A stretch of DNA of 64,000 nucleotides from positions 319,160-383,159 of the forward strand of contig MU619245.1 in NCBI GenBank assembly GCA_025201805.1. The letters run 5' to 3'. The DNA comes from Parasitella parasitica NRRL 2501 (Eukaryota; Fungi; Mucoromycota). Numbering within the stretch: the first letter of the stretch is position 1; the number at the start of each line of letters is the position of its first letter. Shown piece after piece: positions 26,224 through 38,811 of the stretch. The position numbers and the translations under genes were made by a program. The notes under the pieces are model-generated. The model was not told where the DNA came from. It saw nothing but the letters and a program-made list of their open reading frames with translations, and made no database searches.

Positions 26224-27970
26224 TTACTCGTCTGCATCGAGATGAACAACAGGAATAATGTCTTGCCGTGAGGCGTTGACTAGATTAACCAGCTCTAGTC
26301 TTTGATTCAATCGTTTCTGACGTCGTTCAAATCCTCTTTCATACAATTCTAAACCAGACTCAGTCTGTGGGATTACTTTGGGTATGATAACAGGAGTGTT
26401 TTCGCTGTCAACTGCTGTAATTGTAAAGAACCCATCATTTGTGAATTTAGTTTCTCCTGTCAACAGATTTTCTATTGTAACTGAAATATGAATCAACTGC
26501 CGGCAGTGAAATCTACATTTGAAATACCTGCTTCCACACTGACGTAGACTTCCATTGACGAATTGAAAGACCTCGAGACTAAAGATCGAATAGTAACGAC
26601 ATCGCCTACACCAGAACTTGCTATGAAATTTAGACTATCGATGCTATATATAAAGGTATAAGTTGGGATGCGTACACGCAGTGTTTTGAAGAGTGAGTCA
26701 AATGATTTTTTTTTTTTTTACTGATGATGGTATGACTCACTCATACTCCGCTACATACTTACCTGGCTGTTAACAAATAAGCTTTGGCCAATCTATTAGC
26801 ACTTGCTATAGCACAAGTTTCCATCCAAGCCATAATTTGACCACCAAAGGTAATTTTTAAGGTATTGGCGTGCTGAGGCATTACCAGTTCTACGACTTCT
26901 GCAAAAGTGTAATCCATAGGTCGCTCCTTGATCCGCTGCAACATTTTGGGGTCTTGTGAGAATCTTCTGCCTCTTTTTCTGGCCTTCAGCAGCATATCTT
27001 GCTCTTCTAGCTCTGACGCTTCCACGGAAACTGGCGATGTCTGCCCGGAAGAGGGAAAGTACCCTGGATGTCGCTTTATTGGGGCATCTGCATCCGCTTT
27101 TTCTCGTAATCCTTGCGACCATTCTCGCATCAAATCTCGGATTCTGCTGTGATTAGGTTTTTTTTGGCTGAATCTGGCTTGCCTGCGTGTTTCTGCCATC
27201 TCGAATCGCTTGATCTCCATAGGTAATAGGGGGATTAATTCAGGCACTGCGATAGTTTGAAAATCAGAGAAAATCCGGCCCAAATGAGTCTTTGCTTCAG
27301 GGCGCGGAGACAGTGCTACAAACGTCAGATAGGCATGGGCTACAAAAAAACGCTCGTGTGAAAGAGGTGATTCAGCTTCCACTTTGACACCCACTTCCAT
27401 TGAAGTTTTCCAAGATTTGTTGACAGATGCTTGAATTGTAACCTGTTATCTGGATGTAAATACATGGGATTGCGATTGAGATAGCTCATGAATACATACA
27501 ATGTCCCCAACTTTGACTGGATGCAAGAATGCCACATCATCGACAGATCTAGTTACCTAATGAGCATCTGGTCAATATTCTGTTAGCTATTGACTCTCTC
27601 TTTTTTTTTTACCGAGGGCGAAACAGCATGCTTTTTTGCTGATATTCCTGCAGCAATATCGATCCAGCTCAAAATTGTGCCAGCATATGCGAAACCCTAC
27701 ATGAAAAAGCTATTGGGTAAATCCAGCTTTCCCTTGTTTCACATCCAAGTACCATCTTACCATCATATTGCATTGTGCTGGAGAGATGATTTCAGTCATA
27801 GTAACACGGCTTACGTGCGCTGGCTTCTTATCTACACGGACATTACCTGCCTCAGTGTAAGGATCAGGAAGCAATCGCTGAAATACTGGCTGCGTAACAA
27901 ACATGACGCTTCTTATCCACATGGAGCGGATTGACTCGTATGCAGAGTCATATAATGAAGATGTAGGCAT
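26224..27970 (-). CDS. Acyl-CoA thioesterase with two hotdog domains
   Basis: GTILSWIDIAAGISAKKHA, TRSVDDV, SVNKSWKTSMEVGVKVEAE; second domain ELVMPQHANTLKITFGGQIMAWME, VSRSFNSSMEVYVSVEA. Confidence 0.9.
26691..26742. repeat. Perfect 10-bp inverted repeat (GAGTGAGTCA / TGACTCACTC) inside an intron
   Basis: Arms at 26691-26700 and 26733-26742; each contains a TGAGTCA AP-1/Gcn4-type heptamer. Confidence 0.8.
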
Positions 27971-28092
27971 ACCAATGAAAAGTTGTAAAGTATAAAAAAA
28001 AAATGGAAAACACGAAGCCTTTTATGCACGCCATTTGAAATTTCATGGCGCTAATAACTCCTATTTACTTGACATGTGCATCAAAAGGTAAA

Positions 28093-29202
28093 CTATATGC
28101 TGACCCATTGCGATTTTGTTAAATAAAACGGCACATTATCCTGCTGTTCGTTGAAATACGTGAAATAAAGAAACACAAATTGTGCGCAAACTCGACCGAG
28201 AATACCGATCAAGATGATCAGCAATGTCTGGAAATAGGGTATGCTTAGATAAACTGTGGTAGAAGATATCCAAAATTAGCCAAATTTACACAAACATAAT
28301 CGATGTCCTATACCTGATAATGCCTCTGTATTTGAAGCCAAAACAATTATGCTAACAAGCCAAGAGTACTCCAACTGCTTGTAATCCCAAATTACCATCA
28401 AAATCAAGAGCATCTTTCCAAAACTTGAAATAATGAGCGCCATGGAAACATAATTGTGTCTAGAACATGCATCAATTAAATTCATTCTTTTCAAAATAAA
28501 CATGATATTATCTTACCTAATCCTCTTGATTTGATTCCTATGGTATAATCGAATCGCAAAATTGATACAGCAATGAAAAACAATAAACTCTGTAGATCAA
28601 ATTAGTATTTTAAATGTATTTTAATCTGCAAATCATGGTACCAAATATACAAAGCGTCAAAATATACAGGTATTGGTAGTAAAGCGGTTGCTCTATGAAT
28701 TTTGCATCGTAATCCGTGTAATGTCGCTCGAGTCTGAACCATTTAATATCTGATACTTGTTTAGTCAGTGGTTTATAACGATGGTTCAGTATATACACAT
28801 ACAGACTTCAAATAGAATGAGAAGTATGCCGAATCGAAATACATGAGGCTACATACTTTGTTGGTTATTTGTAGGCAATAATGACTGTTTTGAAGAACAA
28901 GAGTCTTACCTCAACGCCATCTTGCTCGGTGATCCGATTAAACAGCAAATGTCGATATACTTGGGGTTTGTGTAGAAGCATGTCGATGAATATAATGATA
29001 AGATCGTGTTCTATGTATTTATCAGCAAAGTTGTTACATTGATCCTATATTTTTACGATATTAATGAATACGCAGATACACAAATGTTTTTTTTAACCAT
29101 AGCAAGTCTTCTCCTTACGCATGTTGTAAGACGTATGTTATCTTTGCTGTATTGAGTATATAAGTTGACAACGGATGCACCGCATTCAACACAGGTACTC
29201 AT
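28093..29202 (-). CDS. ARV1: Arv1 (sterol/GPI homeostasis ER protein)
   Basis: MSTCVECGASV..LYTQYSKDNIRLTTC/DQCNNFADKYIEHDLIIIFIDMLLHKPQVYRHLLFN; ALIISSFGKMLLILMVIWDY. Confidence 0.92.
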
Positions 29203-30447
29203 CACCAGTCAATTATAATGTAAAAATGCGTAAAAAAAAAGCACTATTAGTCCTTCTTGGTACAACTTGGTTTAAAAATCATCGTTGCTCGAAAGATCGG
29301 CCAACTATCGACACCGGAAATTTCCATAAAAGGTATCTGCCTACAGACACTGTCTTCAATTTTTCAAAGAAAACAGGGCATGTCTCAAATCTAATGTAAA
29401 AAATGCAGCTTTTTGATATGGTATATCTTGGTCGAATACATTCCACTTAACTTTAATTCTGATATAAAACTACATTTTAGATATTTCTCGCGCTTTAATT
29501 GATTAGGGAGTTAGTAATTAACAAGTTTGCTTAAATAAACAGTTACTATACGGTCATATCTGCTTTAGAGATTAGTAAACATTCAGAGCGAGATAGAAAG
29601 TATAGCACATTCCTATCGGCATCTTGAAAGAGATTAATATTAGGAACTGCCTCAATAAATAGAATGGATGAAAGTGTGATATTATAAGTTTTAATTTGTT
29701 AAATAAACACATGTTAATAAATAACCCTCGCGCTTAGATGAAAGAGTTGTTAGATGTACATATTGTGGAAAAGAGGGTCGTGGAAGAAGAACTCACGATG
29801 ATTGCCTTATGAATTCAAGAAATATGATCAACCCGCGTATGTTTTACGTTACCCTAAATGTAGTGTATTAATAAAAAATGTTACGAAATGCGGCCTTAGA
29901 TCGATCAGGAACGGTCGCCATGACAGCTGAATTGAAATATTACGGTAACCATGGTTATTCTATGAATACATGATTACGTCCATTTTTTTTTCTTTGTAGA
30001 GTAACCAGTGAGATTTAACCTTGATTTCCATCGGGATGACAACCAAGTGGTAACTATGGAATTCTATGGATACAACAAATACAGTTGAAAACAGTGAAAT
30101 TTTATTTATTTTGGAGACTGGAAGCCTTGCAGAACAAGATGGAGCCCACGTAAACGAAGGTCAAGTTTTACCATAGAGTAACGAAGGTGCAAAAATCACC
30201 AGAGTGGGCGGGGTGACCTGCTCGTACTGCTTGATTATTTAATAGAGATATTGAATAAAATAGTATCAAGGATCCGAAACCCGTCCTCCTTTATCTAAAG
30301 AAAAGTATATAATACCCATTGTATCTCTCAGAAAAGGTTGTTAGGGCATGTAAAAGAATCGACTAGTTTTTCATTCCTTCGACTTTTACTAGAGCAAAAT
30401 TTTGCTGAAGAACTTATTCGAAATACAACTTTTTGCTGCTAAGTCAT

Positions 30448-30781
30448 TGTATGCAAAGATCTCCATCTCCCACGTTTTATCCAAGATCATTCCCGCTATA
30501 TCGTTGTCATCTCTACCACCTTGTGGCAAATGTGGAACTTGTACTGGCTTCACGGCCGACAAAATCCGGCACCACTCTCCTCCGCCTCCATCATCCACTT
30601 TCTCACTCGGACAATTTGTCACATTGACAAACTGCTTCCTTCACATACATAGTCATATATTAGATAGTTTTTTCCGTTGTTCGAGGTCCACCACTCCGCG
30701 ATGTGTCCCTCCATAAATAATATTTGAATAAAATAAAATATTTAACTACAAAAAAAAAAAAAAAAAAAAATGTATGCAAAG
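30448..30781 (+). mobile_element. 5'-truncated non-LTR retrotransposon (LINE) 3' end with poly(A) and 11-bp TSD
   Basis: TGTATGCAAAG at 30448-30458 and 30771-30781 flanks an insert ending in AATAAA signals and A21 (30750-30770); open frame ...YIVVISTTLWQMWNLYWLHG...IDKLLPSHT* resembles a LINE ORF2 C-terminus. Confidence 0.85.
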
Positions 30782-32008
30782 TTGGCCATACCAAACACTA
30801 ACTTTTCGATTGTCATGAATAAAATATTTTTAGAATCTATGAATGACATTCCAGAAAAATCAGACTTATATTTGTTGATTTATTGCAAACAATTGCATGT
30901 GTGCCAATGGCTCCACCGGCTCGTATCCACAAGCCGTCTGTGTATTTTTGTTTCAAGAGTCGTATAACGTCAATATTGAGTTGAATGCATAATTGTTTAA
31001 AATTCAACGTACATTTACTTTTTGCCAGGTATTCAAGACATAAAAATGCATAAAATTGTCAAATAATAAAGATCAACGTGCATAGATTCAACGGGTTTTC
31101 AAATTTTAGTATTGCACTGTTTTAGTTTATTTAGTTTATGCCTTATTTCATCATTCATCATCCACCATATTTCTACTACAATATCTTATATTTCCACTTG
31201 TTTTATAAAAATTAAAAGGCCCTTTAAAGCCTTAAGCAAGCATAGTATGTAGCAGGCGCAATGCAAGTGGTTGACCCTTAATCTTCTCTTCATCATACTA
31301 GTCAGCATGATGCTCATGCGAAGGGCACTAATATATTGATCATAACAGGCTATTTTGTGGTACGATCTAGAGCCAATATTACCTAATTATCGGGTGGGCA
31401 CACGATATGTTTTCTAAATTTTGAGTATCAGACAGCAACGTAATGTGTCTATATGCTATACACAATAGTAATCTATATAGCATTATTTGAAAATAGACGT
31501 CTCATCTACACTGCCTTCAAATCAACTTTCAAGATTATAAAAAACAGACTGCTACTTTGATCATTGAATAGATGTTCTATTTCAAGAAACGGGACATTCT
31601 TCATCCGAAAATAGATGTAGTATATTTTGGTGCAACCCAAGATAGCAGATACAATCTATTTTTTTAGTGGAGCTCACGCATTTAAGGTTATTTAGGACCA
31701 ATACAGTAAAAATAAATAATAAATGGGGTTTATTTTCGTTTTAAGACCATCCATTAAAGACGATAATATTAAAAGAAAGTATAGTTTCATATTACTATTG
31801 ATGGGAGGTAATAATAAAACATTGTAGAGAAAGTATAAAGAAAGTGGATAAAAAATACAAAGTATAAACTTTTTTTTGGAAAGCATACAAAGGAGGACAA
31901 AAAATGACTAATATACAAATCATCAATTAAGTGAAAAGAGAGGGAGAGTATAAAGATAATGAAGAAAGTGAAAAGGGGAATCGTCTTTAAGAAATAAATA
32001 TTTAAAAA

Positions 32009-33590
32009 TTAATTGGTAACTTCAACATGATCGTGATCGAAATGCTTGTTCTTTTCAATAGAATCGCTGTTTTGGCTTGAAGTGCCATCGGTAGCAACGT
32101 TCTCGGCGTCAGAAACCTTCTCTTTGTGGTCATCAAGATCTCTGCCAGTAGTTTCGGGCATGCAGAACACCATGAACAGGAAACCCAAGAAATTGATAAC
32201 AACAAAGACAATGAAACTGTAAGTACCAAGACCTTCGCTCATCTTGGGCCAGATTGTATTGATGACAAAGTTGAAGAGCCAGTTAGAAGAGTTACCAAGA
32301 GCAGATCCAGAAGCAAGTGCATGCATAGGCAAAAGTTCAGGAGCAATCATCCAAGGAATGACACCACAACCCATACTGTAAGAGCCAGTAAAGACAATGG
32401 CAGCAGCAATAGCTAGGCCACCAATACCTTGTTGACCATTGGGGCTTTTCAAAGATGAGCCGAGAACCATCAAAATGGAAGCGATACATGTACCACCGGT
32501 AGAGATCATCATGAAGCCCTTACGGCCAACCTTATGCATGAAAACGACGGCAATAAGAGTAGCTGCAATATTTACGGAGGCATCAGCAAGAGAGATGTTA
32601 GTGGCTAAAGTAGCATCGTTGAAAATAGTAGTAAAGAAACCAACAGAATAGACAGACATGGGACCGATACCACCGATTTGGTTGAAAGCTTGGACAACCA
32701 TGACAATGACAGTGTTCCAGGTAATGCTCTTGTCCTTGCAAGAAACAATATCCCAAATGGAGAATTGTTTTTGAGCAGATTCAATTTCACGTTGACGAGC
32801 GGCAAGCATAAGAGCAAACTCTTCTTCGACATCAGCGCCAGCACGGAGTTTTTGAAGAGTAGCGCAAGCTTCGTCGTATTTTTTAGCAGCGCAAAGACGG
32901 CGAGGACATTCGACAGTGAAGAAGTACATACAAACGAGTTGAATAGCGGCGATAAAAGTGGGGATAGCCCACAAAAAACGCCAAGCGGGAGCAAAAGCCA
33001 TGTAACGACCACAAACCTGAGTAAGCAGGATGCCGAGATTCAAGAACAGTTCAAAGAGTGAACCAAGAGCACCACGGGATTTCTTGGTAGAAATTTCTGA
33101 GACATAAATCGCAACTGAAGAACCACACATGCCAGAAGCAAAGCCGACCAAAGCACGACCGAAGGAATACATTGTCAAGTTGATAGCGCAGGCAGACAAA
33201 AGACCACCGAGCATCATCCAGCCACAAGAAATCATAATATTTTCACGACGACCAAACCAAACATTCATGTATTTACTGGCAACACTACCAAAGAAACCAC
33301 CAATGGCGAATGCACCGATAGTATAACCCCAAGTAGGGAAATCCATTGGCATACAGCCTGGAAGGACGCCGTCTTCGGTACCTGGAAGACAGCTGTAGGA
33401 TCCGTCATCATTGATAACACCCATGATTACTTTTTCAGGCATGTTGGGCACACCTAATCATTGCATGTGCGTGTTAATTATTTTGACAGCTTATGAATAT
33501 ATATATAAACATACTGATATGCCATCCGACATTGAATCCAGACAGAGCGGCGAGAATAGCGCAAGTTGTCATGTAAAATGGGAATCCCAT
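32009..33590 (-). CDS. MFS sugar porter (GLUT/hexose transporter-like)
   Basis: First exon MGFPFYMTTCAILAALSGFNVGWHI; motifs WFGRR, GRALVG, YVSEIS..RGALG, ECPRRL, VGRK, PWMIAPEL, PETTGR. Confidence 0.93.
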
Positions 33591-36500
33591 GTCTTGAGAT
33601 TTTACTTGATTCGACATTATTGAAGCGGTTGATTTGTTGTGTAGAGAAGGCGGTTTCTTTTTTTTTTAGTAGAATACAAGATTACTGCTGGCGAAAAAAA
33701 AGATAATAAAAAAAATTAGTAATTTGGTAGTTGATAAGAAGGATAAGAAGGGAATGAAATTGAGAAAAAGATCTGTCATTTATATAATCTTTTCAAATGA
33801 ATGGTTACACTTGCCTTGTATAGTAAGAGTCGATATACCCCACACATGCAATTTGATTCGTTACTAGGTAGCACTTGTAAACCGTTTATAGTTGATTTGA
33901 GATTCAACCTTATACCAAATACGACTTCACACTCAATGTGCTCCAACCATGTTGACGACATCTAGTGCACTGAAACTACGTAACCTTGCCAGCTCAGGGC
34001 CGGCGAGCGGCCTTAACGGGCCAAATATGCCCTTCTTCACGGGTACCCCCAAATTTTTCATCAAGCCTTGTTTTGGGCATACAAAGCTCGAAAGTTTTAG
34101 CCTCGTGTGAATTATACCGGTACTACTTCTTCCTAATTTTTTTATCGACACCTCTTAACAAGATTCCCATGAAATTCGTTTCACAGAAAAAATGATTACA
34201 TTATAATATGTTGAGACATGATTAAATAATTGACATTTTGCTGATGGAGCGTACTGTGTGTATCAATTACTTCTGCGAAATTAATGGTTTTACATGGCCC
34301 CCACATTCTACGCTACTAATTGATTTAAAACCCAATTGAGCATCAATATCATGAACCAGATATTCTATCTGTTCTGTTTTTTCTCATCGATATATCGCAA
34401 ATGGTCGCATTATTAATGTTGTATTTATTTTTTATTATTATTATTCCTTTTGAAAGAGCACCACGCATTTTTACATACCATTGCGCTAGCCATTGCAAAT
34501 GAAATAACATAAACTACTGACTGTAGGTTTCTCATTTAGTTTATGATCTAACTAATTCAGACAATATGACAATGGTTTCCGCAGGCATGGAAAAAAACCT
34601 GCTTGCTTGAAAGAATAACAAAACCGACATAAATGGCTTGAGAAATATACATCTACAACCGGATATGTGTCAAAAAGTTCGATACTAAAAGAGGAAACAT
34701 CAAGATACAATGGGTTGCCATGTTGATCTGCTACGAAGACCAAATATAGAATTATACTAGATGCAATTCCCTCGTACATTCACCCACAAAGCTTTATTTT
34801 GGAATTCACAGAGTATGATGATTATACGACATGTTTCCACCAACGACAAGTGAGTTCACATGCCCTTGTATCACTATAAATAAGGATTTAATAAACTTCT
34901 CATACCCACACTCAATAATATCATAGCTTCTAATTAACAATTGTACACGGTATTTGTGAAAATAACTACTATAAGGAAGATCATTCTCTACGGTAGCAAA
35001 GTATGGAACACATACACAACATGTGGCATGAAATATACTAACACTATAGCTATGTTTCTTGGAAGGTACAGAAAACGCCCACTTGAGGGTTTACAAATAT
35101 ACACATCTCGACGAAATTTTATGTAAAACAAGTTTAAAAACTGTGTAGAATACTGCACTTTAGTGTATATTATAAATGTATTCATGAGTGTGTACAACAT
35201 TATTTGCCATTGGATTGATACTTTTGTGAGTCATCCAATATCTCAAGCACGATGCCTCCATGGTGAAAAGAATCAATGTCTACATGGGCCATGGCTTAAA
35301 CAATTACTTATACATGTGTATGTGTACCTGAGAAATATGGAGGAATAGATAAGATAATACAAGCCATCTATTATTCACATACTATTTCTAGAAAGCCACG
35401 GCTTTCATGTCTTATATGGATTTATTACATTTAAAAGAATGTGGAAACAGCAAAATATATTATCCATCTCCAAGGTAATACACGCAATCGAAAAATGGAC
35501 ACGAATCAACCATAAATGGACAAGAATCCTATTCATAAAGAGTATTGATCTTTGCTTATTGAAAACACATAAACGGCCAATAGAAAATAAGAGCATGACA
35601 ATAAATTGGGATTACGTAAAACAAATCAATCAATTGTGTAGACAATTCAACACATGAATACACCGAATTTCTGGCTGATCCATCAAGTATTGTATATAAA
35701 AACGCGAAGAATGTTTCGAAACAAAGGAATTCCCATAATTCAAATGACAAATGGATAGGGCTTCTAAGTGCTCTTTCTGTCTATTAGTTCTCAACGAAAC
35801 AAACTGGTCTCCTTTGATTTATATCCTTGTCAAGTGATGAGGAAGAAAATCTCCCATATAATGCTCTGTCTGTGGAAACTAACTTATATGCTATAAATGC
35901 AACTTAATCTGACAGTAATAGTGATATGTCCAGCTGATTAGGCTCTATAATTTACTCACTAGCCAAGTGATTCTAGTAATTATACGACACATGCGTGTAT
36001 ATTTTATTTTTCTTCCCCATGAAACGATCGTGAGCTTTTATACTATCTATATACTCCTTGCTTGTATATTATGTCAACACCGTTTTCTGTTAACAGTGAA
36101 AATGTTTATATGCGCCCATAAAAACATCTGCAAGATTGTATAACCATCAACACAGCCACGCATCATCTGTAATAAAATAAGGTATTTCATTGAAAATTGA
36201 AAAGGTGTCGATTAAATTGGACTTACTAATTACTAAAAGGCCCTTTTGACTGTAGTGATCATCAAGCCAGTTACCAATCAAGAATTCTATTAATTCTCTA
36301 ATCATGCAAATACATTAATGCTGCAAATGAGTGAACATCAGTGAGTTTATCTAACCTTCTTTATATTTTATATATTTCTATGTAATAAATTTATACTCTT
36401 GACTCTCAATATCTAATCCTCAGACGTAAGATTAAATCCCACGGTTTTTATTTGATATCTGGTCGTAACTTCTATAAAGTTATTAGCAGAGTTCACAAAT

Positions 36501-37076
36501 TTTCATATAAAAACTGCATATAAACGCTGATAGGCTTCGATAAAGTGCAAAGTACGGATTAATTTACGTTTGACTGATACAGGAATGATCGTCCAAAGAA
36601 AACAGGTCTTTTTTGGTTTTATATTTTTTAGTGTGAGGCAACTTAGTGTCTAGAACCTTTTGCAGCTTTTAATGGTTGATAATATAGTGGCAAATTTTGC
36701 ATTTGATTAATGTAAAGAAGGAAATAAATTGTGTGGAGGATATATGTTGTATTAAACTGTTACCATTATACTTGAGATCGAAACAGCGAATCATAGATAA
36801 AAAGCTGGATTAAATGCATCATTGCTGCCGTCGTATTTACAAATTGGGAGGTAGTTTTTTATTAGTGTATTCTTCTTATTTATACAGAATGATAGAGATG
36901 TGTTAGCTATCAAAATATTATGAAAGTGACATGAAATATGAGGAGGGAAGGAGGCAGGGATGGGGATATCATTCAAGCAGCAAGATTATTCGTTTTATGT
37001 GTACGTTTACTACCTGGTAAAACAGAAGGGATTGTCACAAACAATAGCAATCAACCATACAACACAAGCTTAGAAA

Positions 37077-38578
37077 TCATTGCACAAATGGGCTCATAAA
37101 ATACAGTATCCAATGTGACGCCAAAGTAAGTACCAAAATAAGGACAGAGACGCCAATAGTGGATCTCCAGTAAGGAGCAGACTTGTTGGGTTGCCATTGT
37201 CGACGTCTATTATTCCAAACATCTTGAACATTATCCAACTTCTCTTTGGAATCAGGCGTCACCTTTACCATCAAATAAGCATGATCACTAACACTATAAT
37301 CACGATTGCCAATCCATTTCTGACGAACATCCATGCATCGAACCATAGTCCAGTCCAACTTGGCTTTGAACAAACCAAAATAATCTGGGTTATGTAAAGT
37401 GATCTCATCAGGGTCCCAAGGATCATAAAAACCTGGGTTACGAGCTCTTTTTAACGTCTCCAAATCAAATCCACTGACTATTTCAAACAACTTCAGAGAG
37501 CCAAGAAGCTTCCAAGCGAATCTGATGAGACGAATAGGAGCCATCGAGAATGGGAATCCTGCAGCTGCTAAACGCAGGTTATACTCATGCTGTGGATCAC
37601 GATATACAGCCATAACATGACGGTCGAACCAGTTACTCTCTGTATCCCCCAAAGACATCCATCGATATCGGTCGCAAGCATATTTGGGTGAAAGTCTAAC
37701 AATGGAGTGTGCCATGGTGTTCAAGTCGCCACCAATAATTTGGTGAGGATATTTCTCGGCAATGGAGGCCGCGTCCTGCAGAATATCAGCAAAATTGTGG
37801 ATACGATCTATGATACCAGCGAAAACCTTATATGCTAGTTAAAATATACAGATCATACTGAGTTGAAGATGCGATTTTACCTCTAAATGTACACTATAGC
37901 AGATAATAGGTGGCAATGGAGACGCATTTACGGTGCCTACTAAAGTGTAGCGCCTGTTTGATTGAAATGAAAATGTTGTCAATATGAAACATATGCGTTT
38001 ACTTTTGATCACATTTTATACATACTTTCCCTTTCTTGGCTCCTTGAATTTCCCTCCATCTTTTTCCCAATTGAAAGCATCCTTTCTATGCTCAAGCACT
38101 CTGAAATCAATATCATGTTTTGATAGAATAGCATTTCCATGCACGCCGCCGCCCTAGATAGAATAATTAAAACTTTACATCTTGCCATAAACATTTTATC
38201 TTACAGCATCTCTCAGCCTTCTTACAGGGCTGTCGATTTCCTCAAATTCACATACAAACCCACCCAAAAGCTTCAAAGATTTGCATAATTCTTGCATGTG
38301 GTCACGGTTGCCTGATCTTTGACAAAAGATATCTACTTCTTGAAGAATTATTACATCAGGGTCCAAATCTTGGATGGTTTTGATGATGGCTTCGGATTCT
38401 TGATCAACAAAAGCTATTAGGATTTATACAGGCAAATAAACGAAATAACAACGCTACCGTAGTTTCTTTCGATATTCCATTGCAGCACTTTTAAGGATTC
38501 ATTGACTGCTGGTTTTTCTAGAGATCTATAATCGTGAATAACAATGTCCCCGGGTGAAGGTAAGGAGTTTTCGACCAT
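37077..38578 (-). CDS. Endonuclease/exonuclease/phosphatase (EEP) family enzyme with C-terminal transmembrane helix
   Basis: LKVLQWNIERN, IILQEVD, HGNAILS, YSVHLE, IIGGDLNT, KLDW, SDHAY; hydrophobic tail IGVSVLILVLTLASHWILYF. Confidence 0.88.
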
Positions 38579-38811
38579 GTTGTATTCTTTCTATTAGAAT
38601 AAAAAAAAGGGGGGTGGGGGTTGAGGATCTGTTTCCAGATCTTTGTGAGATGATTGAAATGTGACTTATCCACAAGAAGAGAAAAGAGAGTTGTGAGCAG
38701 GTCGCTTATTCAATAAGTCATGCAACAGCAAAATCAACAACATATTTAAATTGGTGTAAATATTTCAGATCTAGCTTTTTCTTCTTCTCCTTATTCCATA
38801 AAAACCCAGAA

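Noticed and set aside
30389-30716. Minus-strand reading superficially like a Ty3/Gypsy integrase (GGTHRGVV...)
   Set aside because: The plus strand gives an open LINE-like tail with poly(A) and a perfect TSD, so the minus reading is a shadow with stops.
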